A stretch of 64,000 nucleotides of DNA, taken from positions 13,493,342 through 13,557,341 of the forward strand of contig NC_081391.1 in assembly GCF_030684315.1 (NCBI RefSeq), read 5' to 3'. The notes beneath the pieces were generated by a model. It did not search any database. It saw only the letters and a list, made by a program, of their open reading frames with translations, and was not told the DNA's origin. The translations under genes were made by a program, and so were the position numbers. This stretch comes from Stegostoma tigrinum (Eukaryota). Positions 1 to 11,589 of the stretch are shown piece after piece (positions within the stretch are counted from its first letter, which is position 1; each line of letters opens with the position of its first letter).

Positions 1-100
1 GTGAGATGCAGCTACCCGAGAAAAGCCAGAGAAATTTACATGACTGTTTTTTGACAAAAGAAACTTCTCAGCCTGATCAGTTGGAACTAGATAACCTGCT

Positions 101-1725
101 CTAACAAGGTGTAGAGCTGGATGAACACAGCAGGCCAAGCACCATCAGGGGGAGCAGGAAGGCTGATGTTTTGGGCCTGGACCCTTGAGAAATGGGGAGG
201 GGAAGGGGTCCCTGAAATAGGAAGGGGTGGGGAGGTGAATGGATGAGGGATAAAGAAACAGGTGGTGAGGAGACTCCGGTCTGAGGTAAGGATGGAGCCA
301 ATCAAGTCAAGTGAGTTGAGTAGGCCTGTCCGTGGAGGTGGGGATGGGATTTGAGGTGGCGGGGGTCGGCGGGAGGTTGGGTGGTGTGGGGAAGTAGGTG
401 GGAGGAAGGACGGACCAGTCGGGGAGGTGGGAACTAGCTGAGCTGTGATTGTGGGAAGGGAGATCTTTCAGCTTAAGTCCTCACTGATACCATTGGGCTG
501 CAGGGTTCCCAAGCAGAATACAAGGTGCTGTTCCTGCAACCTTTGGGTGGCATTGGAGGCCCAGAATGAACATCAACTGTCCCCTCCTGCCCCTCTGAAG
601 GGCAAGTATTTTGTGACTTGGAGGTGCAGCTGCTGGTCACGAGCCCAGCATAGGCACTCCACAAAGTGGTGTCAAGCCTCTGCTCGGATTTCCTGATGTA
701 GAGGAGGCCACATTAGGAGCAGTGGATACAGCATACCTCACTGCAGGTGTGTAGGTCCGCTTCGTCTTGATGTGGAAGGTCTTGGGGCCTGGGATGAGGG
801 GAGGTGTAGCACAATCTGTGTGGCAGGAAAAAAGCCCTGGCTAGTGGAATGTACAAGGGAATCAGTGGTCTCTCCAGAAGGCAGCTAAGGTTGGGGAGGT
901 AAAACATGTCTTTGTCAGATTGTATAAGTGCCAGAGGATGATGCACTGGATCCTGGCATTGAGGTGGTACTGAAGGATGAGAGGATTCTGTTTTGGTTGT
1001 GTGAGGGATAAGATGCAAGACCGGTTGTGTTTATCTTCCACTAAAGGGAAGTTACGCTCCCTCGGAAAACGAGGACATCTGGGATGCCCAGGAGTAGAAT
1101 GCCTCCCCTCGGGGCTGGAGGTGAAGGAATTGGATTAGGGGATGGCGTTTTCCTTCCACAGGAAGGTGGGTAAGGTGTATTCTAGGTAGCTGTAGGAGTC
1201 AGTAGGTTTGAAATATATCAAAGATTGATAGACAAACTTAAGGTTGAGGTAGAAGGCTCTAATGAATTAGAGGAACCGTTCAAGCTCCTTTGTGGGATGT
1301 AATGGAGGAAGATGTGGAGTTTATGGCCCATCTCCCTGTAGAAGGATTGTTCCACAAATCCTAACAGAAGCAGGCACAGCCTGGGCCCATGCAGGTACCT
1401 ATGGCCACCCCCTTCCTCTGTAGGAGGTGGGAGGAATTGAAGGAGAAGTTAGGGGTGAGGATGAGTTGGCTAGTGGACAAGGTTGTTGGTGAATGGGGAC
1501 CAGTCAGGCCTGCAGGATGAGAGAAGCAGAGGGCCTTCGGCTATCTCCATGGGGAATGGATGAGGTTGGAGGCTGTGGCTGGGAGGTCATCTCCAGTGAA
1601 GTTGTAAATGGACTAGGAGATGGTTTGGTGGTCAGGGGTGGAGTCATGATCAAGGGCGGGGTGGTAGGAGGTATCGGCTGCTCTTCCACACAAGTATATG
1701 TGGCACTCCAGCTCCTGGCATTTCC
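101..1725 (-). mobile_element. Degraded Penelope-like retroelement (RT + GIY-YIG remnants) in intron 1 of copy 1
   Basis: Minus strand reads GVAIGTCMGPG (~1370-1411, like the Penelope RT motif GVAMGTxMGP) and CCIHCS followed by a decayed GLLYI tract (~695-735, GIY-YIG-like). The terminal segment is shared with short elements at 5870 and 12065. Boundaries approximate. Confidence 0.65.
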
Positions 1726-2056
1726 TTAAACCCTGTTCAGTCACAAACTTCATCCAATTCTGATGGTGCTTAGAGTGGAAATGCTCTTCTCTCTACAGAC
1801 AAGAACAGGCATGGTCAATTCACAGGTTTTGGTCAAGGAATTTCAAGTTTGCCTGGTTACCAGGAGGAGGCGAGGGTTGTTTTTGATGATCCTTGAACTG
1901 GAGCCACTGGCTAATTGGACAATGGTTCTCATCCACCTTGATGTATTTAAAAAAACATGTCATGTTTATTGACTTCTCAATTTGATTGAAGGCTAAACCA
2001 GTCATGTCTGGCACCAATTGCATGATGTTTAATGGTTGTAACTTGTTTTCTCCCAG

Positions 2057-3350
2057 ATGTCCTACTTTGACCGGGATGATGTTGCCCTCCCCCATGTCTC
2101 CCAGTTCTTCCAAGATCAGTCCCAGGAGAAGCAGGAACATGCAGAGAAGCTGCTGAAATTCCAGAATCAGCGTGGAGGCAGAGTCCTCCTCCAGGATGTG
2201 AAGGCTGGTGTTGGGTTTTTGGGGTGGGGGGAGTTGGGTGGTAGAGAGTGGCTGCTCCTCAGGGATGGCACAGTGACTCAGTGTTTACCATGCATGCCTC
2301 AGTGCCAGGGATCCAAGTTTTGTTCTTGGTTCTAGGCTCCAGTGAACGACTGGAGTTTACTTGTTCTTGCCATGTCCACATTGGCTTCACGGTTCAATGA
2401 CGTGTGGGTTAGAAGGATTGCCATTTAAAATGCAGGGTTACAGGAATAAGGTGGGATTGTTCACAGAAGGGACTTGTAGCGACGAACGCAGTCGCCGTAC
2501 CTGCTGATCGGGGATGAATAAAACGATGTAGTGACCTTTGTTATTGTCACCATGTGTCAAATAGCCTGTTCCCATGCTGCAGAGATTCTGAAGCTTACCT
2601 GTCCTTCTCTCCATCCCCAGAAGCCAGAGAGGGCTGAGTGGGGTAACAGCCTGCAGGCAATGCAGGTTGCCCTGGATCTGGAGAAGAATGTGAACCAGAG
2701 TTTGCTGGATCTACACCAACTCGCCACAGCCCAGACTGACCCTCATGTGAGCTTTCCCACCTCCTCGTTCTGATCACTGCTAGGCCCTCAGGGCAACACC
2801 TCATTGGTCTTTTGTAGATTAAAATTCACTGGGATACTTTGATCACAATATCATATCTGAACAGTATGTTCATTTAATCAACATTAAAACAGCTCAGCAA
2901 TGAGCTGAAATGGGAATTTGGATTCAGTACCACGAGTGATGTTGGCCACTGAATTCACTTTCAGGGCCACTTGCAGTAGAATGATCATTGTCTGTCACAG
3001 TTCAGCTCGGCTCCACTTCACAAACAACAAGGTGCATCTGGAATGTTACTGTCCTCCCTGGCGCAACATCTAGATGTCAGTGGCTTTTCCAGCTGTCGAG
3101 AGCCAGTTATGGTGGGGTCTGTTTCGCAGTGGGAATTCTGAAAATTTCCTGGATCATGCAAATGTACCAAGTTGCCATCATTCCTCTGTTGCAGCTGTGT
3201 GACTTCCTGGAGACCCACTATTTGGATGAGGAGGTGGAGATCATCAAGCAACTTGGGGACTACATCACCAACCTGAAGCGCCTGGGAGCCCCTGAGAATG
3301 GGATGGGAGAGTACCTGTTTGACAGGCTCTCCCTGGAGGACAGCAGTTAG
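2057..3350 (+). CDS. Ferritin subunit (middle/light-chain-like), array copy 1, partial: exon 2 2057-2203, exon 3 2621-2746, exon 4 3195-3350; exon 1 lies upstream of the window
   Basis: Exons translate to [11 protein letters not shown]...LLQDVK / [11 protein letters not shown]...TDPH / [14 protein letters not shown]...[14 protein letters not shown], which are ferritin signature motifs. All have AG acceptors; the exon 2 donor is GC; AATAAA at 3478-3483. Confidence 0.9.
2261..2445 (+). mobile_element. Decayed tRNA-derived SINE (HE1-like), intron 2 of copy 1
   Basis: gggatggcacagtgactcagtg...gcctcagtgccaggga head; the same insertion is present in intron 2 of every copy. Confidence 0.55.
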
Positions 3351-4719
3351 TGTGGCCTGGAGTACTGTCTGCTTGGTCTGAATGCATTCCCCACTTCACC
3401 CTGGGCAATCTGTCTCCTTCCAGGGAGAAGGGACTTGTAGCAAAGAATGTAATGGCTGTACCAGCTGAATGCAAATGAATAAAATGATGTGTTTATCTTG
3501 GTTCTTGTTCATCATTCAGACAGCTGGACGCTGCAGGTTCTCACCAATAGGCCTATGGGAAGAGATATCAGGCTCTGCTTTCTGCCCAGGCGCAGGAAAC
3601 AGCTCAGCTGGGACTGAGATGAGTTCAACCTGACTCGTATCCTCCCAATGGGCCCTGACATGACCAGCATATTCTGTTTTACATTTGCTGCCTTTGTCTC
3701 ATGTGGACATAGCCTAAAGTTACTGGGAGCCGGTGAAGGTTCATACCAAGGCCAGTCCTGGTGGGCTGAGACCTACCCTGCCTTGTTACAGCCTACTGTA
3801 GTTGACAGCACTGAACAGTTCATTCCTCTTGTTGTGGGAGTTAAATATGCTGCTACCCTGAAGGGATCTTGGTGTAATTACCCTTAGCCTCGAGTCAATT
3901 CTCCTAGGAGCATTCTGAAGCTGGCCTAATGTGGCTTTTGTCAGTTTACTTTCTCTGACCTGTTCCAACACCTTCATTGCTTTTCTCACCCCTCCCACCA
4001 CCCCACTCCTAGCAATAAACTTCCACCCTGCCAGTCTACAGCTGGGAAAATTCAGCCCCAACATTGACAGCACCCATATTCCATGGAGTTAGCTCAGGAA
4101 ATTATCTTGAACTGTTACATGCTCATGTATGAGCTCAATACCACTTCGAGCACCATCACTGTGTCTTTTGGAGTAACACAGCAACACTGGTGGTTCAATG
4201 CTGCCATTTGATTGGCTCTTGCTGCTAAAGCCAGCATTGAGCACACTAAGCTGCTCCCTTGGTTCCTCTGTGCTTCACACACGCTGAGGGTTACTCCTGA
4301 TGAAGGTAGATTTCACCCAATCACATTGAAGCATCAGTGCGACTTGGAGAGGAGACCGTGAGATGCTGACTTTCCTGTACGACTGCTTCCTCTATCTTTT
4401 TGAGGTGTCAGAGAGATGATGGGTTGAGGAGGGGGTGATCAGAGCCAGCCTGGGGATTGTTCAAGGGAGTTGTGTAGCGAGTGCACACTGCAGCTTTCAC
4501 TGAAGGTGTGGGTCGTTCAGGCACTGAATGTATTTGTTCCACTACATGAAGTGTTTTATTTCAAATAATCTTGAGTCTTGGCTGTAGAATCTGTGAATCC
4601 GTGCAGTGCAGGAAGAGATTGTTCAGCCCATTTAGTCTGCACTGATCCTCTGTCCTCTGAACAGCATCTTGTTCAGACACACCCTGTCTTCTTGCCCCCA
4701 TCTTTCTATCCCACAGCCA

Positions 4720-4878
4720 TTGCAAAGTAAACTGCATGTCTCTGGACTGTGGGAGGAAAGGAACCCACACAGACACGGGGACGATGTACAGCCTCGTCAG
4801 AGTCGCCCATGACTGGAATTACATGTGGGTCCCGGGCACTATGCAGCAGCAGTGCTCATCAGTAAGATACCATGCCCC
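4720..4878 (-). mobile_element. Decayed tRNA-derived SINE (HE1-like)
   Basis: ggactgtgggagga...acccacacagacacggggacgatgtaca matches the reverse of the HE1-type body. Confidence 0.55.
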
Positions 4879-5865
4879 CGAAAGGAACAAAAACAGGAGC
4901 AGGTGGTGAGGAAAGTAAAGCAAGCTTTTCCTTTATAAGATGAGTTCCCAGATCAGTCAGAACTGTCACCAGGATTGTGAAGCTGCTGTCAAAAGGCAGA
5001 TTAATGTGGAGCTCACTGCCTCCGATCTCAATCACTCTTTGGTGAGTGCTGTCCCTGTGGGGTTAAAACTTGATCTATGTAGTTGAAGTAAATGTTTTCT
5101 CTTGAATTTAATTAACTGGGCACTCTCTCTTTGTAGATTGAGTTTTGTAGTCCTTTCCTAAATATTAATTCAGGATAAGGGCAACGTTACTATACCAATG
5201 GGGTTTGATAATGATGTACTCTGAAGCTGGGTCCCAGTTGGGCTTCAGAGATATGTGGAGGATGAAGTGTCCCTGGAGATATTTGCCACTTTGGTGTTTG
5301 AATTGGCAGTAGATGTCATTCCCTCTAAGATTACCAAATGTTGGTAGGGTTACTTCAGAAAGGTATTATATTGATCATACTGTGGGACTAGAATCACCCA
5401 CTGGCTAGTTACCCTCTTTCTGACAGGTTTAAGTATCTGATTTTATATTTGCTTGCTTTTGTGGTGATACTTAAATATCAATTCTGATATTGACAATGAT
5501 AATTCCCTATTGCAGTCTGCTGTGGCTAATCTGAGCAAACCTACTTGAGGTTAGGCTGTGAGTGACTGGTATCTGACTTTTTAAAGTAGATCTCAGCTGA
5601 GGCCTGCTTGGCATTTTGCACTCCCATCATGAGATGGGTGTGGCCTATCCCTGAACCTGTAGAAAGTTGATCTGCTTTAGTGTGTGGCGTGTTGAAGCTT
5701 CTGCAAACCATGTTTGCCTCCTGCCCCCTCACCCACACCCTGCATCCCCTCTAGCTGCTGGAGTCTGAGATTCATGGTCCAGTCTCTATGCCATCCTGAT
5801 AGGGAACAAACTGTCCCCTTTAGCCAGGTGGCAGTGAACCTGTAACTTTCCAATGGGTAGAATGT

Positions 5866-6075
5866 TTCAGACAGTAGGAACAGCAGATGCTGGAGAATCT
5901 GAGATAACAAGGTGTAGAGCTGAATGAACACAGCAGGCCAAGCAGCATCAGAGGAGCAGGAAGGCTGATGTCTTGGGGCATGACCCTTCTGAAGGTGGGC
6001 CTAGGCCCAAAACAGCAGCCTTCCTGCTCCTCTGCTTGGCCTGATGTGTTCATCCAGCTCTACATCATCGTATCT
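5866..6075. mobile_element. Short inverted-repeat Penelope-terminus element in intron 1 of copy 2
   Basis: Imperfect inverted arms (gtagagctgaatgaacacagcaggccaagc / gcttggcctgatgtgttcatccagctctac), flanked by a 15-bp target duplication caa(t/g)gggtagaatgt at 5851-5865 and 6076-6090. Confidence 0.6.
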
Positions 6076-6090
6076 CAAGGGGTAGAATGT

Positions 6091-6290
6091 GTTTGGAAGT
6101 TGTGTTGAAGTAACCTTGGTGAGTGCTGCAGGGGACCTGGTAGATAATGGACCCTGAAAGGAGGTGGTGAATGCAGTCCCCATGAAGTGGGCTGCTCTGT
6201 CCTGGATGGTGTCTGCATCTTGAATGTTGTAGCTCCACCTCCACAGACACATGGAGAATCTTCGTCACTCTCAGCTTTTGTCTGTTAGAA
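6091..6290 (-). mobile_element. Ancient LINE (CR1/L2-like) ORF2 C-terminal fragment in intron 1; paralogues at ~12925-13130, ~30475-30690 and ~47840-48050
   Basis: Minus-strand translation [13 protein letters not shown] resembles the LDTIQDKAARLIGT-type tail of LINE ORF2. Shared by several copies, so it predates the expansion. Confidence 0.4.
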
Positions 6291-8687
6291 AGAAGATGCC
6301 TCATGACAGATGGATGAAGCCCGTATAAACTCCATTTGGGAGGTGGGTACAGCTTTCATTGGTGAGCCAGTTGACGGGTTTTAATTACTGACCAGGGTCC
6401 CATTTCCCTTGGGGAACACGTGTGCCAATTATAAAATCCTTCCTATTCTCTCCTGCCACAGCTTGTCCCTACCCCGTTAAACAGACAAGAAATTTTGTTT
6501 GACTGCTTCTACATGAAGACAATAACTTCCCACCAGGCTTCCTCGACAACAAAACTCTTAGCTCCTGTTTCAAATATCAGAAGAATAGCCCTTCATAAAC
6601 CTCAAGGCATTGGATTGTGAATATCTCGGTTCGGAAGTGAGTCACATATGGGTGGACAAACAACAGAACGGTGCCAGCTGGGATAAGCCAAACTTTGTTG
6701 TCCAGCTTTGTGTTAACTAGTGACGTTAGATCAGCCATTATCTGTAGATACAGGTCACATTGGTTCTCTCTCTCCAATATTTGACCTTCCCTCAGTTTGA
6801 TTCAATTTGTTTTGTTCATGTGACCCTTGTTCTCCCCCTTCTGGATGTGAGTGCACTAATTTTAGTGTGCTATAAACTATAACTGCAACAATCCAGAGGC
6901 AGTTACTGGGTAGGTTTTCCTTTGCACTATCTTGTTGTCGCTTTCTCTCATTCGCCTCTATTATATCTTGTAGTCATAAAATATACCGTACATTCAATCT
7001 CCCTGGTTTTGAGGCCACAGAAACCTTGCTTCCTCCTGGTTATATTGTTACAGCAGTGTCTAACATGTATTTCCATGCCAGCCCCAAAGGAGCAATAGTG
7101 TTACAGCTCCCCTACTCAAGTATAGCCTGCACTCCAGCTCCTGGTGCTTGTTTCAGCTGTTTGTTTGGCACTAATATTGTCCAATTCGAATGAAGGTTAG
7201 TGAGTGCAAACATGGCTGGATACAAGAAGAGCTATAATGCTGTGCCAGGCAGCCTGAGTAATTTACTGTTTGTTTTAAGCCAAACTTTTGCCAGTTTCCA
7301 ACAGGAAATTGGGATTGTTCTGTTTGATCCCAGTTGAAGGATCTGCTGGACAGCTGGACATCATTGGGTTCTCAAACATGTTCACATACCAGGCAGTTAG
7401 TTTGCTGCAGAAGGCTGAACTAGAATTTGGAGTCAGTGCTGTGTTTAATGGGCTTTAACATGTTATCTCCCTTCCAGATGTCCTACTTTGACCGGGATGA
7501 TGTGGCCCTCCCCCACTTCTCCAGGTTCTTCAAAGATCAGTCCCGGGAGAAGCAGGAACATGCAGAGAAGCTGCTGAAATTCCAGAATCAGCGTGGAGGC
7601 CGAGTCCTCCTCCAGGATGTGAAGGTTGGAGTTGGGTGGGAGGGTTGCAGCTGTGGAGGAGAGAATGGCAGCTCTTGTGGTGCTGCTTCCTGTTGGGATG
7701 TGAAAATCCTATTTTGGCATGGCTTCCCTGTTTGATTTCTTTTGAAGGCAGTTTCTAAACAAGCCCTATTGTCCACCATGTCTATGCTGCCCACAAACAT
7801 CAAACTAGACTAACACAATTTCCTGCACTTAGTCCACAGCCGACTATCTTCTGGCATGAAGAAGTTGTTGAGATTAGGCTTCAATGTTGCTGGAGTAACT
7901 GCCTCCACTGACCCCTCAGGTAATGCATCCCATACCTCTCCCACCCTCGACTGGGTGGGTGGGTCCTCCAATCTCCTCAAACCTGTGCCATCTGGTCTTC
8001 ATGTCTGCCATGGGGACTGTGTATTGTCCATCCTCCCTGATCTTCCACACTTCCATCAGATCACCATCCCAGGCTATCCAACCTCCCTCTCATCATTGTA
8101 TTTTTGTTGTCTTTTTTTGCTTCCATCTTGGGCCAACATCCTGATGACCCTCACCTGTACCCCCTGCAGTGCCACCTTGTCCCTCTGATGGTGGTTCTGG
8201 TCACCACACTACATTCCATCTTTGGTCTGGCCAATGCTGCCATGTTTGTGGCAAGACTCATCCTTTCTACTGAGCCCCAAATCATGGAGACCAGCATCAT
8301 GTCAGCCCCTTCCCCACTCTGTCTACCTTTGCTGAACCTTGAGGGATGGACTTGGGCATTTGTTGCTTGTCCCTTTTACTGTAAGCACATTGCTCCCTTC
8401 AATGAATTAAATAGTAGTGATGTCTGATCATCCTGCTCAGACATGGATGAAGCCACCAGCACAGGTGAGACATAGATGCCTGGCCTGCAAGGTGCAGATT
8501 GGTACTCTACCTCAAGAGCCCTTGAGACTAAGGTGTCAATGTCCTGATCTAAACGCCAAATGGGCACTGGTGCAAACAGTTGAACTTTGTGTGAAATAAA
8601 TCCCTAGCCCACAATGACTTCATGCTTCAGATCAAGGATAAATGGAGCAAAGTGAAGTCACTTCACAAGTAATGAATGTGGGTTTTA

Positions 8688-8830
8688 GGGGTGGCACAGT
8701 TGCTCAGTGCCAGGGACACAGGTTTAGCTCTGGCCTCTGATGACTGGTGCTTACATGTTCAGGTTTCTTCCTACAGTCCAAATATGGGCAGGCTGCGTGA
8801 AGTAGCCATGGGGGAATTGCAGTGCGAATG
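8688..8830 (+). mobile_element. Decayed HE1-like SINE, intron 2 of copy 2
   Basis: ggggtggcacagttgctcagtgccagggac...cctacagtccaaatatg. Confidence 0.5.
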
Positions 8831-11099
8831 GCTCAGGTAAATCTGAGATCTTCTTCAGAAGGTTGATTGCAGACTCAATGGGCTGAATGGCCTGCTCCCA
8901 TGCTGCGGCGAGTCTCTGATTCTGAAGCTTAACTGTTCCTGTTTCCATCCTCAGAAGCCTGAGAGGGATGAGTGGGGTAACAGTCTGCAGGCAATGCAGG
9001 TTGCCCTGGATGTGGAGAAGAATGTGAACCAGAGTTTGCTGGATCTACACCAACTCGCCACAGCCCAGACTGACCCTCATGCAAGCTTCACCTCTTCATT
9101 CTCATCACTGCCATGCCTCCTCAACTTCATTGGTTGGTCTTTGTGGAGTGGAAATTCACAGACGTAACTTTGTCCAGATGCTACATTGTACCTTTGTCAT
9201 CATAATTATGATGACAATGTTAAACTGCTCAACACCGAACTGAAATAGGAATTTGGATTACAGTCTGGTGGGAATGCTGATGTGATTTTTGGCTGTTGAA
9301 TTGGGGATTGTTGCACTATACAATACAACTTGGAGCTCTTTAAGAAGGTGAGATGAAGCAGCTGAAATGTCCTCACTGGCACAAATTCTCCACCTGTTAG
9401 CTAGATTTTCAGGGATGTCTAGAACTAGCTATGGCTCAGTCTTTTTCAGTAGGAATTGTGAAGTTGTCTTGGATAGTATAAATGTACCAAGTGTCATATT
9501 CCTCTGTTGCAGCTGTGTGACTTCCTGGAGACTCACTATTTGGATGAGGAGGTGGAGATCATCAAGCAACTCGGGGACTACATCACCAACCTGAAGCGCC
9601 TGGGAGCCCCTGAGAATGGGATGGGAGAGTACCTGTTTGACAGGCTCTCCCTGGAGGACAGCAGTTAGTGTGGCCTGGAGTACTGTCTGCTTGTTCTGAA
9701 TGTATTCCCCACTTCACCCTGGGCAACCCGTCTCCTTCCAGGGAGAAGAGGCTTGTAGCAAAGAATAATGGCTGTACCAGCTGAATGCAAATGAATAAAA
9801 TCATTTATGATCTTGCTTATTGTCCATCATTCAGAGCACTGGATATTTTGGGAAATGTCTTATTGAGCTTGAAGGCAGTTCTCTTTCTGTAATTTGGCTG
9901 ACCCAATTACTAATTGGACATGAAAACAACCTTTCAATGGATGTATTTACTCACTCTCGATCATTGCACAGTAACTAGACGGACTTCCTTTTTCTCATGA
10001 CACAGGAGACTCAAGACTTTCCCCTCTAAGTAGGATGAGGTTGGTGTTTCCCCAATTGTGGGGTGGAAAATCTTCCAGAGGTCAATTAGTACAGTTCTGG
10101 ATACTCTAGGTTCAATTGTCGATCAGAACTTGTCTTCCTTTTTGAGACAGGAAGTTCCCGTACCTGCTCGAAGGGATAAACCAGACGCCCATTCCATAGG
10201 ATGTGGGATATCTACGTTCAATGCCAGGTTTCCCTTCCTAAAGGCTCCCCTCAACCACCACGAGCAATGAGATTTGTCACTCGGACGATAATCTAATGGG
10301 AAGACAAGTCTGTGATTTGGAGGCTGGATCAGTTGACAAAATGCTGGCGGAAGTAGATATATCAAGTTCTGCTCTAAATCCAGTTGCAGGAACCAGCTAA
10401 GTTAGGAAAGACACAGGCTTGACTCATCTGGTGTAACCTCCCCAGTGAGGCCCTACCATGACCAGTATTTTCTATTCTCAGCATTGTTGTTTTTGGTCTC
10501 CTGTGAATGTAGCCTAGGGATCTTGGAGCCGGTTATGGATCAAAGCAGGACCAGCACTGGAGGCCTGTGACCTTCTCTTTCTCCCCATCTCTTGTTCCAG
10601 CCAACTGCAGTTGCACCCCCTACCCAGTTAAATCCCTCTTGACATTTCTGAGGGAGGGTGGCTGGACTCACTGTGGGTTGGCTTTTTCATTCCTCCATCT
10701 GAGTAACATAGCCCGCTCCATCTTTGCTCAAGAAGGAGTCAGTTCACACTGGGGCTGAGCTTTTCCCAAGAGCAATCCAAAATTGTCTTTAATGTGGCAT
10801 CCTCCCCTTCTTCCTCCTCCTTTCTCCACCACACCCCCCTTCTCTCCCAGCATTCACTCCAACAAGCTGCCCAGCCCAGATCTGGGAAAATTCAGCCCAA
10901 CCGTTCACAGAAGCCACTTACCAAGAGGTCAGCTGGAATTCCCCTGATCTGTATGGGATTCCAATGTCTGCTCTCGATGCTAACAACAGGAAGTTTTAGT
11001 TTTTGCTGTAGAATCCCTCAATGCGGGCAGATGCCATTCAGCTGATTAAATTTGTAATGACCTACTGAGCAACCTCCTGCTGAGGGACACCCTATTCCC

Positions 11100-11343
11100 T
11101 TAATCCCACATTTCCCATGGCTAATCTAACAAATCCGAATGCCCCTTGTCACTGTCAGCAATTATCTTTGCCAATCGACCTAATCTGCAGCCCATTGGAC
11201 TAGGGGAGGGAGTCGGAGCAGATGGTGGAAATCCATGCAGACACAGGGAGAATGTGCAAACTCCACTCATGTTGCCAAAGGCTCGAATTGAACCAGAGTC
11301 CCTGTGGCTGTGACGTATCAGTGTTAACCACTGAGCCCCCATC
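11100..11343 (-). mobile_element. tRNA-derived SINE (HE1-like)
   Basis: Reverse strand has an A box (ggctcagtggttaacac) and B box (ggttcaattc) plus the body tggagtttgcacattctccctgtgtctgcatgg. Confidence 0.7.
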
Positions 11344-11589
11344 ACGTCCAAAAGTACCATACAAAAGGGGGAGGCTGTTGCACAGTCATCAAGTCGTACA
11401 TCATGGAAATAGACTCTTCTGCCCACACAGTCCCTACAGACCAGGTTTCCAAAACTCTGTAGTGCCATTTGGCCCATCTTCCTCGAAGCCATTCCTTCCC
11501 CCATAAGTGTCCAAATGTCTTATCAAAGTGGTAATTATACGTCTATTTTATTCTCATTTTCAGCTTGATAAACTTATACAATTTGTTCT

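Larger units (their letters stand above)
4940..9668 (+). pseudogene. Ferritin copy 2, open frame but probably non-functional: exons 4940-5041, 7478-7624, 8955-9080, 9513-9668
   Basis: All four exons are in frame, but the TATA box and conserved promoter block are absent. Exon 1 has several private substitutions (MSSQISQNCH...AVKRQ...ASDLNHSL) and the exon 3 donor is GC (CAT|GCAAGC). AATAAA at 9794-9799. Pseudogene status is an inference. Confidence 0.6.

Noticed and set aside
4291-4330. cctgatgaagg as a hammerhead core in the repeated intergenic block
   Set aside because: No GAAA partner or stem II, and paralogues read ctgatgca.
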